DNA of 64,000 nt from an uncultured Clostridia bacterium (GTDB lineage Bacteria > Bacillota > Clostridia > TANB77 > CAG-508), in NCBI GenBank assembly GCA_934154805.1, contig CAKPGM010000001.1:6177-70176 (forward strand), in the 5' to 3' direction. The position numbers and the translations under genes were made by a program. Positions 10,271 to 19,977 of this stretch are shown here, in pieces (positions within the stretch are counted from its first letter, which is position 1; the number at the start of each line of letters is the position of its first letter). The notes under the pieces were generated by a model. It searched no databases. It was not told the DNA's origin and saw only the letters and a program-made list of their open reading frames with translations.

Positions 10271-10303
10271 ATAACAAAAAAAAGTGCATTTTATGCACTT
10301 TTT
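10271..10303 (-). terminator. intrinsic terminator/attenuator between the pilin genes and the rest of the T4SS operon
   Basis: A perfect 9-bp stem (aaagtgcat 10281-10289 / atgcacttt 10293-10301) with a 3-nt loop. On the minus-strand RNA it is followed by a U-run (plus-strand A-run 10276-10280 and beyond). It sits 54 nt after the stop of the third pilin gene. Confidence 0.6.
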
Positions 10304-10356
10304 AATATTTTTGTAATATTTTTGTAATATCTATGTAACGTTATCAAAAACAAAAA

Positions 10357-10728
10357 CTATTGAACATTTCCATTAATTGTGTTGTATACAATTTTTACTA
10401 TTGTTGTACCTGCAAATAATAGTAATGCACCAACAATATATGGTATCATAGTTTTCTTGTATTCTGCTTTTTGTTCAACACTACCAGTCATATATTTTAT
10501 ACCTATAACTAATATTACAACAATTGCTATGATTATACCAGCAACTTGAATTATATTAACTATTTTTCCACCAATCTCAGTTAACTTAGTTGTATCTCCT
10601 GCTTGTGCATTTTCCACACCATTAATAACTCCATTTACATCTGGTGCTGCTAGTACAACACTTGCTATAGATGCAACCATCATTATTGTTAATAATATAG
10701 TAGATATAATTTTTACTGTTTTCTTCAT
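10357..10728 (-). CDS. VirB2/TrbC-like pilin-type protein, paralog 3
   Basis: 123 aa: signal peptide (…SVVLA/AP), hydrophobic helix, charged loop IKYMTGSVEQKAEYKKTMIPYIVG, and a second hydrophobic helix. The topology matches VirB2. It lies upstream of the VirB3/VirB4-like genes. Confidence 0.5.
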   Translation of the reverse strand: MKKTVKIISTILLTIMMVASIASVVLAAPDVNGVINGVENAQAGDTTKLTEIGGKIVNIIQVAGIIIAIVVILVIGIKYMTGSVEQKAEYKKTMIPYIVGALLLFAGTTIVKIVYNTINGNVQ

Positions 10729-10793
10729 ATATATTCCTCCTTATCTTATTATTTTTATATAAACCTCTTACTGTCGTAAGAATGTTAATAACT

Positions 10794-11171
10794 TTACCAA
10801 TTTACTCCTTGTAGTAGATCTACTACTAATTTCCATATTCCAAACGCTCCAAATACTATAATACATCCTACAACATATGGAATAAGTTTTTCTTTTATTT
10901 GTGCTTTAGCTTCTACTGAACCTGTTACAAATTGCATTCCTATTATTATTCCTGCAATTATTGCTACTATTATTCCTATAAAGAGTAGTATTCCAAAAAC
11001 AGTATTCGATGTTTCTTTCACTTTGTCTTCGCTAACTGCCTTGCTTGGATCTCCCTGATTAATGAAGTTATCTCCTTTTTTTATAATATCATCTGGTCCA
11101 ATTGCTTTTACCTGGTATCCTGTTAACATTATAGTAGCAAATAATAATATAAATACTATAATTTTTTTCAT
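10794..11171 (-). CDS. VirB2/TrbC-like pilin-type protein, paralog 2 (most divergent)
   Basis: 125 aa with the same architecture. The loop motif is MQFVTGSVEAKAQIKEKLIPYVVG. Confidence 0.5.
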   Translation of the reverse strand: MKKIIVFILLFATIMLTGYQVKAIGPDDIIKKGDNFINQGDPSKAVSEDKVKETSNTVFGILLFIGIIVAIIAGIIIGMQFVTGSVEAKAQIKEKLIPYVVGCIIVFGAFGIWKLVVDLLQGVNW

Positions 11172-11184
11172 ATCTTTTCCTCTT

Positions 11185-11601
11185 TTATGTTATATTTTTA
11201 GAAGCAGTTTCATATATAATTTTAACTATTGTTGTTGTTACTGTTATTAATCCTACTCCTACAACAAACGGTACCATTGTTTTCTTATATTCCGCTTTTT
11301 GTTCAACACTACCTGTCATATATTTAATTCCTAGTAATCCTATAGAGATTAGAGCTATTATTATTCCAATCATTTGAATTACATTTATAATTGTTCCAAC
11401 TATTCCTAATGTTTTAGTATTGTTTTCAAGGTTGTCTTTTTTATAGTCATCAGTGTTTATTATCGTCTTTCCACTGCTTTTTATGCCGTCCCCTCCGTCA
11501 TCCGGCCTTGCATATACAACATTGCTAAATGTAGTTATTGACATTGTTATGGCAATCAAAATTATAATTATTTTGTTTATTATTCTAATATTTTTCACCA
11601 T
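11185..11601 (-). CDS. VirB2/TrbC-like pilin-type protein, paralog 1
   Basis: 138 aa with the same architecture. The loop motif IKYMTGSVEQKAEYKKTMVPFVVG is nearly identical to paralog 3. Confidence 0.5.
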   Translation of the reverse strand: MVKNIRIINKIIIILIAITMSITTFSNVVYARPDDGGDGIKSSGKTIINTDDYKKDNLENNTKTLGIVGTIINVIQMIGIIIALISIGLLGIKYMTGSVEQKAEYKKTMVPFVVGVGLITVTTTIVKIIYETASKNIT

Positions 11602-11782
11602 ATTTTTCTCTTTCTTTTCTTATATCTGTTTCTTGTATTATCAGTGCATATAGCACTCTATTTATAGAGTAGCATACATTACATCATTTGTCAATAAATT
11701 TTTTAACTTTTTGTATATGCTCTTTTACCCCATATCTCTATATATTATACCATATTTTGCCTAAAAAATCTATATTTTTTGT

Positions 11783-11932
11783 TTATTTTGTTGCCATCTG
11801 GGTTTGTATATAATACTTAGCAATAAGTTCATCCAACTCTACGCTTAACTGGTATATTATACTATAATCTTCTCCATTTATGATACTATCATTTAATTTT
11901 TCTCTTAATAAACAAATTTTTTCGTCTAACAT
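11783..11932 (-). CDS. Spo0E-family sporulation regulatory (aspartyl-phosphate phosphatase-like) small protein
   Basis: A 49-aa ORF below the track cut-off: MLDEKICLLREKLNDSIINGEDYSIIYQLSVELDELIAKYYIQTQMATK. It matches the Spo0E pattern (I..LR..L....I......I..LS.ELD.LI..Y). The SD AAGGGAGAAG lies just upstream of the ATG at 11932. Confidence 0.6.
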   Translation of the reverse strand: MLDEKICLLREKLNDSIINGEDYSIIYQLSVELDELIAKYYIQTQMATK

Positions 11933-12209
11933 TTCTTCTCCCTTCTTGTTATGGTCTAAATTTCAAAATATAATATAATTATATAAATACCATATTTTTT
12001 CTTCTTAGTCAACTATTTTTCTTTAATTTTCAAGGCATTTCAAGCTTTTTCGTACTACATTTTTTTGTGTAATTCTATATTATTTTTCTTTTTATTTTTT
12101 ATTTTTTCATTATTTTTGATAAATCATATTTTTTTGACAATTTTCTACATTTGCTTTTTAGGCAAAATAATATAATGTTTTACAATTAAAAACATTATAT
12201 TATTCCATA

Positions 12210-13490
12210 TTATTTATTTTTTCCTTTTACTACTGACAAAGCCATATTTTCTTCTTTGAATACCTCGTCTAATATTTCTTGTGTATATTTTTCATCTACT
12301 TCATTAAATTTGTCTATATAGTCAAAGCTGTTTATTCCTTTTACATAGTCCGCAGCAAACATCCTTCCTATATTCGCAACATCATTATATTCTACAACGT
12401 AATCTCCGTATAACTTCTTCTTTATTCTTTCAAAGTCTTGTTGATTTATTCCGTTTTGTTTTAGTTCCTCTATTTCTTTTACCAGTCTGTCAAGTATTTC
12501 TTGTGGTTTCTTTGATTGTCCCGATATTAAAATATGAGCATATTGTTTTGAGAATTCGTAGTCTAAATCTGGTCTTACAAATAGAGTTCCCTCTTGATAT
12601 AGTTGATTGTATAATTTTGAACTTTTTCCTATTAATAAATTTAATAGTATTTCTATTGCTATGTGTCTTTTTACTATTTCGTTATAATTTTCTATATTGT
12701 CTTTTATTCCTATCATAAATATAGGCATACTTACTTCCATTTCTTTCTCTGCATACTTTTTATTTATTTCTTTTTTATCTTGTGGATATATTCTTTTTAT
12801 TTCTCCTATTTTTTCTTTTGGAAGTAATCTCTTTTTTATTTCTTCAAGCATTGCCTCTGGTTCAAAGTCTCCCACAGCAACAAACACCATATTACTTGGA
12901 TGATAGAAATTGTTGTAACATTTAAATAAAACATCTGGTGTTATTTCTGCAATACTTTCTACTGTCCCTGCTATATCTACTTTTATCGGATTTTTTTCGT
13001 ATAAGCAATCCATTGCATTTACATATAGCTGCCAGCCCGGATCATCATCATACATTCCTATTTCTTGCCCTATGATCCCTTTTTCTTTTTCAACATTTTT
13101 GTCTGTAAAATATGGATGTTGTACATAATCCATTAGTTCGTCAAGTCCCTCATAGAAATGATCTGTACATTCGAATAAATATGCCGTGTGATCGTTTGTT
13201 GTGTAAGCATTTGCATCTATCCCTAACGCCATTAATACATATAAACTATCAACTCCATTTTCTTGTTCAAACATTTTGTGCTCCAGAAAATGTGCTACTC
13301 CATCTGGAATAAATATTTCTGTATTCGTTCTAGCATCAACAAATCTATTATCTATTGATCCAAATTTTGTTGCCCAAATTACATATTTTTTCTTTATTTC
13401 TTTTTTAGGAATAAGTATTACCTTCATTCCATTTTCAAGTTCTTCAGTAAAGCATTTTTCTTTTATGTTTTTGTTATCTATCTCTTTCAT
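12210..13490 (-). CDS. M16-family (pitrilysin/insulinase) zinc peptidase, catalytic subunit
   Basis: 426 aa with the inverted zinc motif HFLEH (HxxEH). It is paired with a second M16 gene. Confidence 0.85.
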   Translation of the reverse strand: MKEIDNKNIKEKCFTEELENGMKVILIPKKEIKKKYVIWATKFGSIDNRFVDARTNTEIFIPDGVAHFLEHKMFEQENGVDSLYVLMALGIDANAYTTNDHTAYLFECTDHFYEGLDELMDYVQHPYFTDKNVEKEKGIIGQEIGMYDDDPGWQLYVNAMDCLYEKNPIKVDIAGTVESIAEITPDVLFKCYNNFYHPSNMVFVAVGDFEPEAMLEEIKKRLLPKEKIGEIKRIYPQDKKEINKKYAEKEMEVSMPIFMIGIKDNIENYNEIVKRHIAIEILLNLLIGKSSKLYNQLYQEGTLFVRPDLDYEFSKQYAHILISGQSKKPQEILDRLVKEIEELKQNGINQQDFERIKKKLYGDYVVEYNDVANIGRMFAADYVKGINSFDYIDKFNEVDEKYTQEILDEVFKEENMALSVVKGKNK

Positions 13491-13503
13491 TTGTCCATCC
13501 TTT

Positions 13504-14757
13504 CTATTGATTTGTTAAGAAGTAAATTGTATTGATTTGTACACTTTTTGCTATTTTTACAATTTGTTCTTTTGTCACTTGCTCAATATTTCTTATATCT
13601 TCTTCCGCATCAATATTTTCTCTCATTAATTCTCTTCCAAAGCAATATGAAATTTCCGAATCTTGTTCATCTTGCATTGATTTTATACTAGCGATTATAA
13701 GCTCTTTTGCATTTTTTATATCTTTATCTGAAAATTCTCCTTGTTTCATATCTTCTATTTGTTTTTCTATTATTTCTAGTGCCTTGTCATAATTTTCTAT
13801 TTCTATTCCGCTTCTAATAATTATATTTCTTTTCTGTTTTATATACATAGAACCTGCACTGTATGCTAAACTTGCTTTTTCTCTTACATTTTGGAAGAGC
13901 TTAGAATTTGCACCTCCACCAAGTATTGCATTGTATACTGATGTTGCATTTTTATCGTTTTCTAAAACATCTAATCCGATTACTAGTTTTCCTTGAGATA
14001 CGTCCATTTTCTCTTTTACTACTTTTTCTATTACTCCAGTTTTCTCTTCTGTTTCTATATAAAATTGTTCTACTTCTCTGGCACTTAATTTTTCTGTATT
14101 TTTTTCTATTATTGAGTCTATTTCTTCTGTAAAATCGCCTGACGCAAATATATCTATTTTGCAGTTTTTTATTATGTTTAGATATGTTTCATATAGTTCT
14201 TTATTGGTAATTTTATCTAAATCTTCTGCATAACCATATGAATATAATCCATAAGGTTGATCTTTATACATTGTTTCTATACATCTTGTATAGGCATATG
14301 CTGATTTATTGTCTTTTTTTGCTTCAATCTTTTGTCTTAAGTTTTCTTTTTCGCTTTTAAAATATTCCTCATTAAATTGACCATTTTCAACTAGTGGATT
14401 AAATACTATATCGAATAATAGGTTTATACTTTGTAACAATATATTCTCTTGTTTATATGCGTATTTATCATTTAAAGATTCTATATAGAATTTAAATATG
14501 TGGTCATCTCCCAATTTGTCTACTCCACAATTTAATTCAGCTCCATAAAGTTCTTCTAGCTTTATACTTATTTCTTCTTGTGTCCTTAAGTTTTGTGTTC
14601 CTCTTTTTAATATTGCTAATATCAATGCTTTTTTTGTAATGTCTTCTCTTTCTAGTTTTGTTGTTAAGAATATTGATACCAAGTTTGTTTTAAATTTGCT
14701 AGTAGTTATTTTATGAAATTTTATTCCTTTTTTGTTTTCTTTAATGTTATATAACAT
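13504..14757 (-). CDS. M16-family peptidase-like protein, non-catalytic partner
   Basis: 417 aa with M16-like length and sequence character but no HxxEH motif. It lies directly upstream of the catalytic M16 gene, as in the ymfF/ymfH arrangement. Confidence 0.7.
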   Translation of the reverse strand: MLYNIKENKKGIKFHKITTSKFKTNLVSIFLTTKLEREDITKKALILAILKRGTQNLRTQEEISIKLEELYGAELNCGVDKLGDDHIFKFYIESLNDKYAYKQENILLQSINLLFDIVFNPLVENGQFNEEYFKSEKENLRQKIEAKKDNKSAYAYTRCIETMYKDQPYGLYSYGYAEDLDKITNKELYETYLNIIKNCKIDIFASGDFTEEIDSIIEKNTEKLSAREVEQFYIETEEKTGVIEKVVKEKMDVSQGKLVIGLDVLENDKNATSVYNAILGGGANSKLFQNVREKASLAYSAGSMYIKQKRNIIIRSGIEIENYDKALEIIEKQIEDMKQGEFSDKDIKNAKELIIASIKSMQDEQDSEISYCFGRELMRENIDAEEDIRNIEQVTKEQIVKIAKSVQINTIYFLTNQ

Positions 14758-14810
14758 TCGTTTTCCTCCTATCCGTTTATTCTTTTACATTTTGCCCAAT
14801 TATCTTATAT

Positions 14811-14856
14811 AAAATACAAAAACGCTCTCAAAATACAATAACATATTTTGAAAACG
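14811..14856 (-). terminator. intrinsic terminator of rpsU
   Basis: A 13-bp stem (14823-14835 / 14844-14856). On the minus RNA it contains two G-U pairs, which would be C-A mismatches on the plus strand. A U-run follows on the minus RNA (plus-strand aaaatacaaaaa, 14811-14822). Confidence 0.65.
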
Positions 14857-14876
14857 CCTTTATTGTTTATTTTAAA

Positions 14877-15047
14877 TTATATTTTTCTTTTTCTAGCTGC
14901 CTCTGATTTCTTTTTTCTTTTTACACTAGGTTTTTCATAATGTTCTCTTTTACGTACCTCTTGTAATACTCCATTTCTGGCACATTGTCTCTTAAATCTT
15001 TTTAAGGCATCTTCTATATTTCCATTATTTACTTTAACTTCTGACAT
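14877..15047 (-). CDS. rpsU: 30S ribosomal protein S21
   Basis: [56 protein letters not shown] chose the internal ATG at 15047 because GGAAGGAGGGG lies upstream. The track ORF starts 12 codons earlier. Confidence 0.9.
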   Translation of the reverse strand: MSEVKVNNGNIEDALKRFKRQCARNGVLQEVRKREHYEKPSVKRKKKSEAARKRKI

Positions 15048-15184
15048 TAATATTCCCCTCCTTCCGCTGCAAAAGCTATGCACTCGTTTGGGATTTTAAC
15101 TTCTTATTTTCTAAGAAAAAACCTTTACACGCATATTATTATAAACTAACAGCACCTAGATTGTCAATACTATTTACAATTTTT

Positions 15185-16354
15185 TTACAGTTTCTCAATA
15201 TCTGTATTTTCTTGTAATACCGCTATTTTTCTTTTTTTCTTCTCTTTTTCATCTATAAAATCTTCTATCATTATTTTTATCACTGTCACAATTGGAACTG
15301 ATAAGAACATTCCTAATACACCAAAGTATGCTCCACCAATGGTAACTGCAAGTATTACTAATAATTGACTTATCTCTAGAGAATCTCCTACTATTTTTGG
15401 ATTTATTATATTTGCATCTATTTGTTGTAATATAACTACTACAACTGCCATTAATACGGCCTTGCCAAATCCTCCTGTTAATATCGTAACAATTATTGCT
15501 ATTGATACTGCAACGATCGCTCCAAAGTATGGTATTAAATTAAATAGCCCTATTAAGAATCCTAGTAATACAGCATATTTTACTTTTAGAATTGTCATTG
15601 CTATTGAAACTAATATTCCAACTAATATTGCATCTAGTATTTGGCTTGTTAAAAATTTAAAGAATATCTCATTTCCTCTATTGAAATATTTTCTTATTTT
15701 CTGATATGATTCTTCATTACATATTGAATGAGTTAGTTTTGATAAAAATTTTATTATTCTATTTCTTTGTGATAATATGTATATTGAAACTATTACCGAA
15801 ATGAATATGTTAAATATAGTTTCTACTGCACTTATGATGCTTTTTATATAGCTTTGTATTTTTTCCATATTAATATATTGATTTAGGTCTATATCCTTAA
15901 TATTGTTCATTACTTCTACTGCTTTTTCACTTCTCAATATATTGTCTTCTGGTAATTCGCTTATTTTAGATGTTATTGAATTGTAGTAATTTGGTAAGTT
16001 TGTTAACAAATCCGTCAAACTTTGTATCACTATCGGAATTATAACATTTAATATTATAGTAATTATTATGATTGCTATTATGTATGTTATTAATATACTT
16101 ATTCCTCTTGAATGTTTATTAAAAAAGTTTTTCTTTTTAGTTTTCTTTAACAATCCTTCTATTTTTCTGCAAGGCAGATATAATATGTATGCAATTAATA
16201 TTCCAGCTAAGAATGGGGTTAAAACTCCTAGTAGGTTTTTAAGCCATATTCCTACAAATGATAATTTCCCAACTAAGTTATATAGTATAATTATTGCTAA
16301 TGCTAATGATAACCAATACAACCATTCTTTTATTCCTCTTTTTTCTTCTCTCAT
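15185..16354 (-). CDS. AI-2E family transporter (PerM/UPF0118)
   Basis: 389 aa, polytopic, with the characteristic family C-terminal half (IPYFGAIVAVSIAIIV..., INPKIVGDSLEISQLLVILAV). Confidence 0.8.
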   Translation of the reverse strand: MREEKRGIKEWLYWLSLALAIIILYNLVGKLSFVGIWLKNLLGVLTPFLAGILIAYILYLPCRKIEGLLKKTKKKNFFNKHSRGISILITYIIAIIIITIILNVIIPIVIQSLTDLLTNLPNYYNSITSKISELPEDNILRSEKAVEVMNNIKDIDLNQYINMEKIQSYIKSIISAVETIFNIFISVIVSIYILSQRNRIIKFLSKLTHSICNEESYQKIRKYFNRGNEIFFKFLTSQILDAILVGILVSIAMTILKVKYAVLLGFLIGLFNLIPYFGAIVAVSIAIIVTILTGGFGKAVLMAVVVVILQQIDANIINPKIVGDSLEISQLLVILAVTIGGAYFGVLGMFLSVPIVTVIKIMIEDFIDEKEKKKRKIAVLQENTDIEKL

Positions 16355-16372
16355 TTTATTTTATCCTTTCTA

Positions 16373-17128
16373 TTATATTTCTATATCTAATTCAACTGGA
16401 CAATGATCACTTCCAAAAACTTGGGTTAGTATTTTGCTATCTTTTATTTTTTCTTTGATTCTATCTGACACTATAAAATAATCAATTCTCCAACCTGCAT
16501 TTTTCTCTCTTGCATGGAACATATACGACCACCAACTGTATACATCTTTTGTATATGGATATAGATATCTGAACGAATCTACAAATCCACTATTTAAAAG
16601 CTCTGTCATTTTTTCTCTTTCTTCGTTTGTAAATCCTGCATTGTGTCTATTAGTAGAAGGATTTTTTAAATCTATCTCGTTGTGTGCAACATTTAGATCT
16701 CCACATAAAATTACTGGTTTTTTAGTATCTAGTTTCTTTAAGTATGACTTGAACTCATCTTCCCACTTCATTCTATAATCTAATCTTGTTAGTTCTCTTT
16801 GTGAATTTGGAGTGTAACAATCTACTAGATAAAATTTTGCATATTCTAATGTTATAACTCTACCTTCTTGATCGTGTTCTTCTCTTCCTATTCCATATTC
16901 TACTTTTATTGGTTTTATTTTTGAAAATACCGCTGTTCCTGAGTATCCTTTTTTTATCGCACTATTCCAGTATACATTGTAGCCTTCTGGCGCAAAATCA
17001 ATTTGTCCTTCTTGTAGTTTTGTTTCTTGAAGACAAAAAACATCTGCATTTATCTGTTCAAAGTTATCCAAGAAGCCCTTATTCATAATTGCTCTTAGTC
17101 CATTTACATTCCATGATATTAATTTCAT
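16373..17128 (-). CDS. xth: exodeoxyribonuclease III
   Basis: MKLISWNVNGLRA..., LQETK, CGDLNVAH and SDHCPV motifs. I chose the start at 17128, after AGGAAGGA. The track ORF starts 8 codons earlier. Confidence 0.9.
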   Translation of the reverse strand: MKLISWNVNGLRAIMNKGFLDNFEQINADVFCLQETKLQEGQIDFAPEGYNVYWNSAIKKGYSGTAVFSKIKPIKVEYGIGREEHDQEGRVITLEYAKFYLVDCYTPNSQRELTRLDYRMKWEDEFKSYLKKLDTKKPVILCGDLNVAHNEIDLKNPSTNRHNAGFTNEEREKMTELLNSGFVDSFRYLYPYTKDVYSWWSYMFHAREKNAGWRIDYFIVSDRIKEKIKDSKILTQVFGSDHCPVELDIEI

Positions 17129-17272
17129 ATTAAAATCCTTCCTACGGAACAAATAGTTTGAGTAACTTTTGTCCTTATAAAGTAATATATATTTTACTAT
17201 ATATATAAAGAAATAGCAAGCCTTTATGCTTGCTATTCTCGTTAAATTTTATTCGTATTATTAAAGTATATT

Positions 17273-18274
17273 TTAGAAATATACGTTACCTCCAATGTAT
17301 TCACCTGAAGCATGCCCTGCTGCTCTGAATGATAAATAATTATGATTTCTTTTACCATTTAAAGCATCTGATACTGCTTGTTTTACATAGTCTGCATAGT
17401 TACCATTTAATCTTCTTCTCCAATAGTTATCTATTGAATAACAGAATTGGTTTTTAGCTTTATATTGGCTTAATGGGTCTTGACCATTGCGTGCCCATTT
17501 TGCACTTTCAGCTCTGTTACATGCAGTAGTTATAACTGCTAAAGCTCCTTCGTAGCTAGAACTACATTCTTGGGCTGTTATAGCACATAGTAAGTCAAAT
17601 TCTTCATCTGAGTATGACCATACACCGTTGCTATAAGTAGCTGAATAACTTCTTGAGCTTCTGTTTGTAACAACATTTTTTCTAACTTCTACTATTTTGT
17701 CAACTGGTTCTTCTATTATGTTAGAAGCTATCTCAGTTCTTTCTATTTCTACATCGTTTTGGTATTTTATTTTATATGTTACTTCTCTTAAACCATCTTT
17801 ACCACGTTGAATTACAACTTCTCTTTTACTTGAATCATTGTTTGAAACATCTTTTGTAATTGTTTCATATGGTATTGTTTCTTGAACTGTTACTATTTTT
17901 TCTACTATAGAATCATATGAACTTAATAATGTTTCCATTGTTATTTTTTCAGATTTTTCTGATTCTTCTGCAATTTCAACTACTTGCTCATCTTCTGTTG
18001 TTATTTTTATGGTTTTATTGTCTAATAATTCATTATCTTTTCCAGGTATAACGCTTTCTTCTGGTAATATTATAATGTGGTTTTCTTCTAATATGTCTGC
18101 TACTTTTGTTTTTGTTGTTGTAACTTCCATTATATATCCATTTGAAAGAATTATTTTTACATTGTTGAGTTTAGCATTTGATGCTGTAACTCCTATTCCC
18201 ATTACGAATAATAGTATTAAGCATATACCAATTATTTTTTGTATTGGTAATTGTGCTTTTTTCACTTTCTTCAT
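17273..18274 (-). CDS. cell-wall hydrolase with N-terminal TM, DUF348-like and G5 domains and a C-terminal SleB-type hydrolase domain
   Basis: 333 aa. The G5-like segment is VQETIPYETITKDVSN...REVVIQRGKDGLREVTYKIKYQNDVEIERTEI. The C-terminus LLCAITAQECSSSYEGALAVITTACNRAES is typical of the SleB/CwlJ fold. Confidence 0.7.
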   Translation of the reverse strand: MKKVKKAQLPIQKIIGICLILLFVMGIGVTASNAKLNNVKIILSNGYIMEVTTTKTKVADILEENHIIILPEESVIPGKDNELLDNKTIKITTEDEQVVEIAEESEKSEKITMETLLSSYDSIVEKIVTVQETIPYETITKDVSNNDSSKREVVIQRGKDGLREVTYKIKYQNDVEIERTEIASNIIEEPVDKIVEVRKNVVTNRSSRSYSATYSNGVWSYSDEEFDLLCAITAQECSSSYEGALAVITTACNRAESAKWARNGQDPLSQYKAKNQFCYSIDNYWRRRLNGNYADYVKQAVSDALNGKRNHNYLSFRAAGHASGEYIGGNVYF

Positions 18275-18529
18275 ATATTTTTCGTTCCTCCTTTTGAAAC
18301 AACAATCTTATTGTAACATATTTTTCCATTCTTGTCAAATTTCTTATATTTTCTTGTTCTCTTACGGACGTTTGAGTTATACGTTTTCTGTGTTTTTTAC
18401 ACTTTGTCCTATTATATAATATTCAAGACTTTGAGCAATTATGATTATTTTTTTATTTTTTTATAATATATTGTAAATACTATACTAATATGATATATTA
18501 GTATTATAATTTTTATAGGAGGTAATGTT

Positions 18530-19090
18530 ATGACACCATGGATTATAGTTGGTATAGTATTACTTATTATAGTAATTGCCTTAATTGCTACATATAACAA
18601 TTTAGTTACAGCAAGACAAAGAGTAAGAAATGGTTGGAGCCAAATCGATGTCCAATTACAAAGAAGATTTGATTTAATTCCAAACTTAGTAGAATCTGTA
18701 AAAGGTTATATGGCTCACGAGACATCTGTATTAGAGAAAGTTACAGAACTTCGTACTTCTTGGGCTAATGCAAAATCAGTTTCTGAAAAAATTGATATAA
18801 ACAATCAACTTTCTGAAACATTAAAAACAATTATGGCAGTTTCTGAGAATTATCCTGATTTAAAGGCTAATGAAAACTTTATAGCTTTACAAGGAGAAAT
18901 TTCTAATACTGAAAATAAAATTTCTTATTCAAGACAATTTTATAATGACACTGTTACAAGATACAATACTATGAGAGAAACTTTCCCAACAAACATTGTT
19001 GCTTCTATGTTCCACTTCGAAGCAGAGAAATTATTCGAAGTTGATGCTCCAGAGGCTAGAAAAAATGTTAAAGTTGATTTCAACAAATAA
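18530..19090 (+). CDS. lemA: LemA family protein
   Basis: 186 aa with an N-terminal TM and [33 protein letters not shown], the characteristic LemA signature. Confidence 0.85.
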   Translation: MTPWIIVGIVLLIIVIALIATYNNLVTARQRVRNGWSQIDVQLQRRFDLIPNLVESVKGYMAHETSVLEKVTELRTSWANAKSVSEKIDINNQLSETLKTIMAVSENYPDLKANENFIALQGEISNTENKISYSRQFYNDTVTRYNTMRETFPTNIVASMFHFEAEKLFEVDAPEARKNVKVDFNK

Positions 19091-19133
19091 TAAAAAAATC
19101 TTTATTGAGGGATTTCCCACAATAAAGATTTTT

Positions 19134-19916
19134 TTATATATTAAATATTCTCAATGTATTCTGATACGTAATTTCTGCAACTTCTTCTATCTGGAGTTGT
19201 TTTATGTTAGCTATTTTTTCTGCAATATATTTCACATTTCTAGAATCATTCCTTGTACCTCTAACCGGCTCTGGTGCTAGATATGGGCTGTCTGTTTCTA
19301 TTAACATTCTATCATTTGGTACCATTTCTACTATCTCTTGTGCATTTTTCGAATTCTTAAATGTAACTGGTCCTGCAAAAGAAATATAAAATCCTAGTTT
19401 TAATGCTTCTTTTACCAATTCTCTGTTTAGCGGACAACAATGAAAAACTCCTTTTTTATTAACTGGATGTTGTTTTAAAATTTCTAAAGTGTCAGCCACT
19501 GCTTCTCTTGTGTGAATTGTAATTGGTAAATTAAGTTCATTGGCTAATTCTATTTGTTTGATGAAGGCCTGTTTTTGTATTTCTTTATTTTCTTTATTCC
19601 AATAATAATCTAATCCAATTTCTCCTATTCCAACTATTTTCTTGTTTTCTTCTCTGTTTATTATTCTTTCTAATTCCGCTATATCTTCTATGGTTTCTTG
19701 CATCGTTGTTTTCACATCATTTGGCGAAATTCCAACAGTGGTATAAATAAATTCGTATTTATTTGTTAAATCTATTGCATTCTTTGACGATTCTAAACTA
19801 TATCCTGCACTAATAAACTTATCTACACCACTATTGTAGATGCTTTGTATTACATCATCTCTGTCTTCATCAAACTTTTCATCATCATAATGTGCATGTG
19901 AATCAAATAGTTTCAT
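19134..19916 (-). CDS. tatD: TatD-family metal-dependent hydrolase
   Basis: 260 aa: MKLFDSHAHYDD, GEIGLDYYW, IHTREA and ETDSPYLAP motifs. Confidence 0.9.
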   Translation of the reverse strand: MKLFDSHAHYDDEKFDEDRDDVIQSIYNSGVDKFISAGYSLESSKNAIDLTNKYEFIYTTVGISPNDVKTTMQETIEDIAELERIINREENKKIVGIGEIGLDYYWNKENKEIQKQAFIKQIELANELNLPITIHTREAVADTLEILKQHPVNKKGVFHCCPLNRELVKEALKLGFYISFAGPVTFKNSKNAQEIVEMVPNDRMLIETDSPYLAPEPVRGTRNDSRNVKYIAEKIANIKQLQIEEVAEITYQNTLRIFNI

Positions 19917-19977
19917 TTTATTCTTCCTCCAAAATACAAATCAGGATGAAAAAGCTAATTTTCCATCCTTTTTCTTT

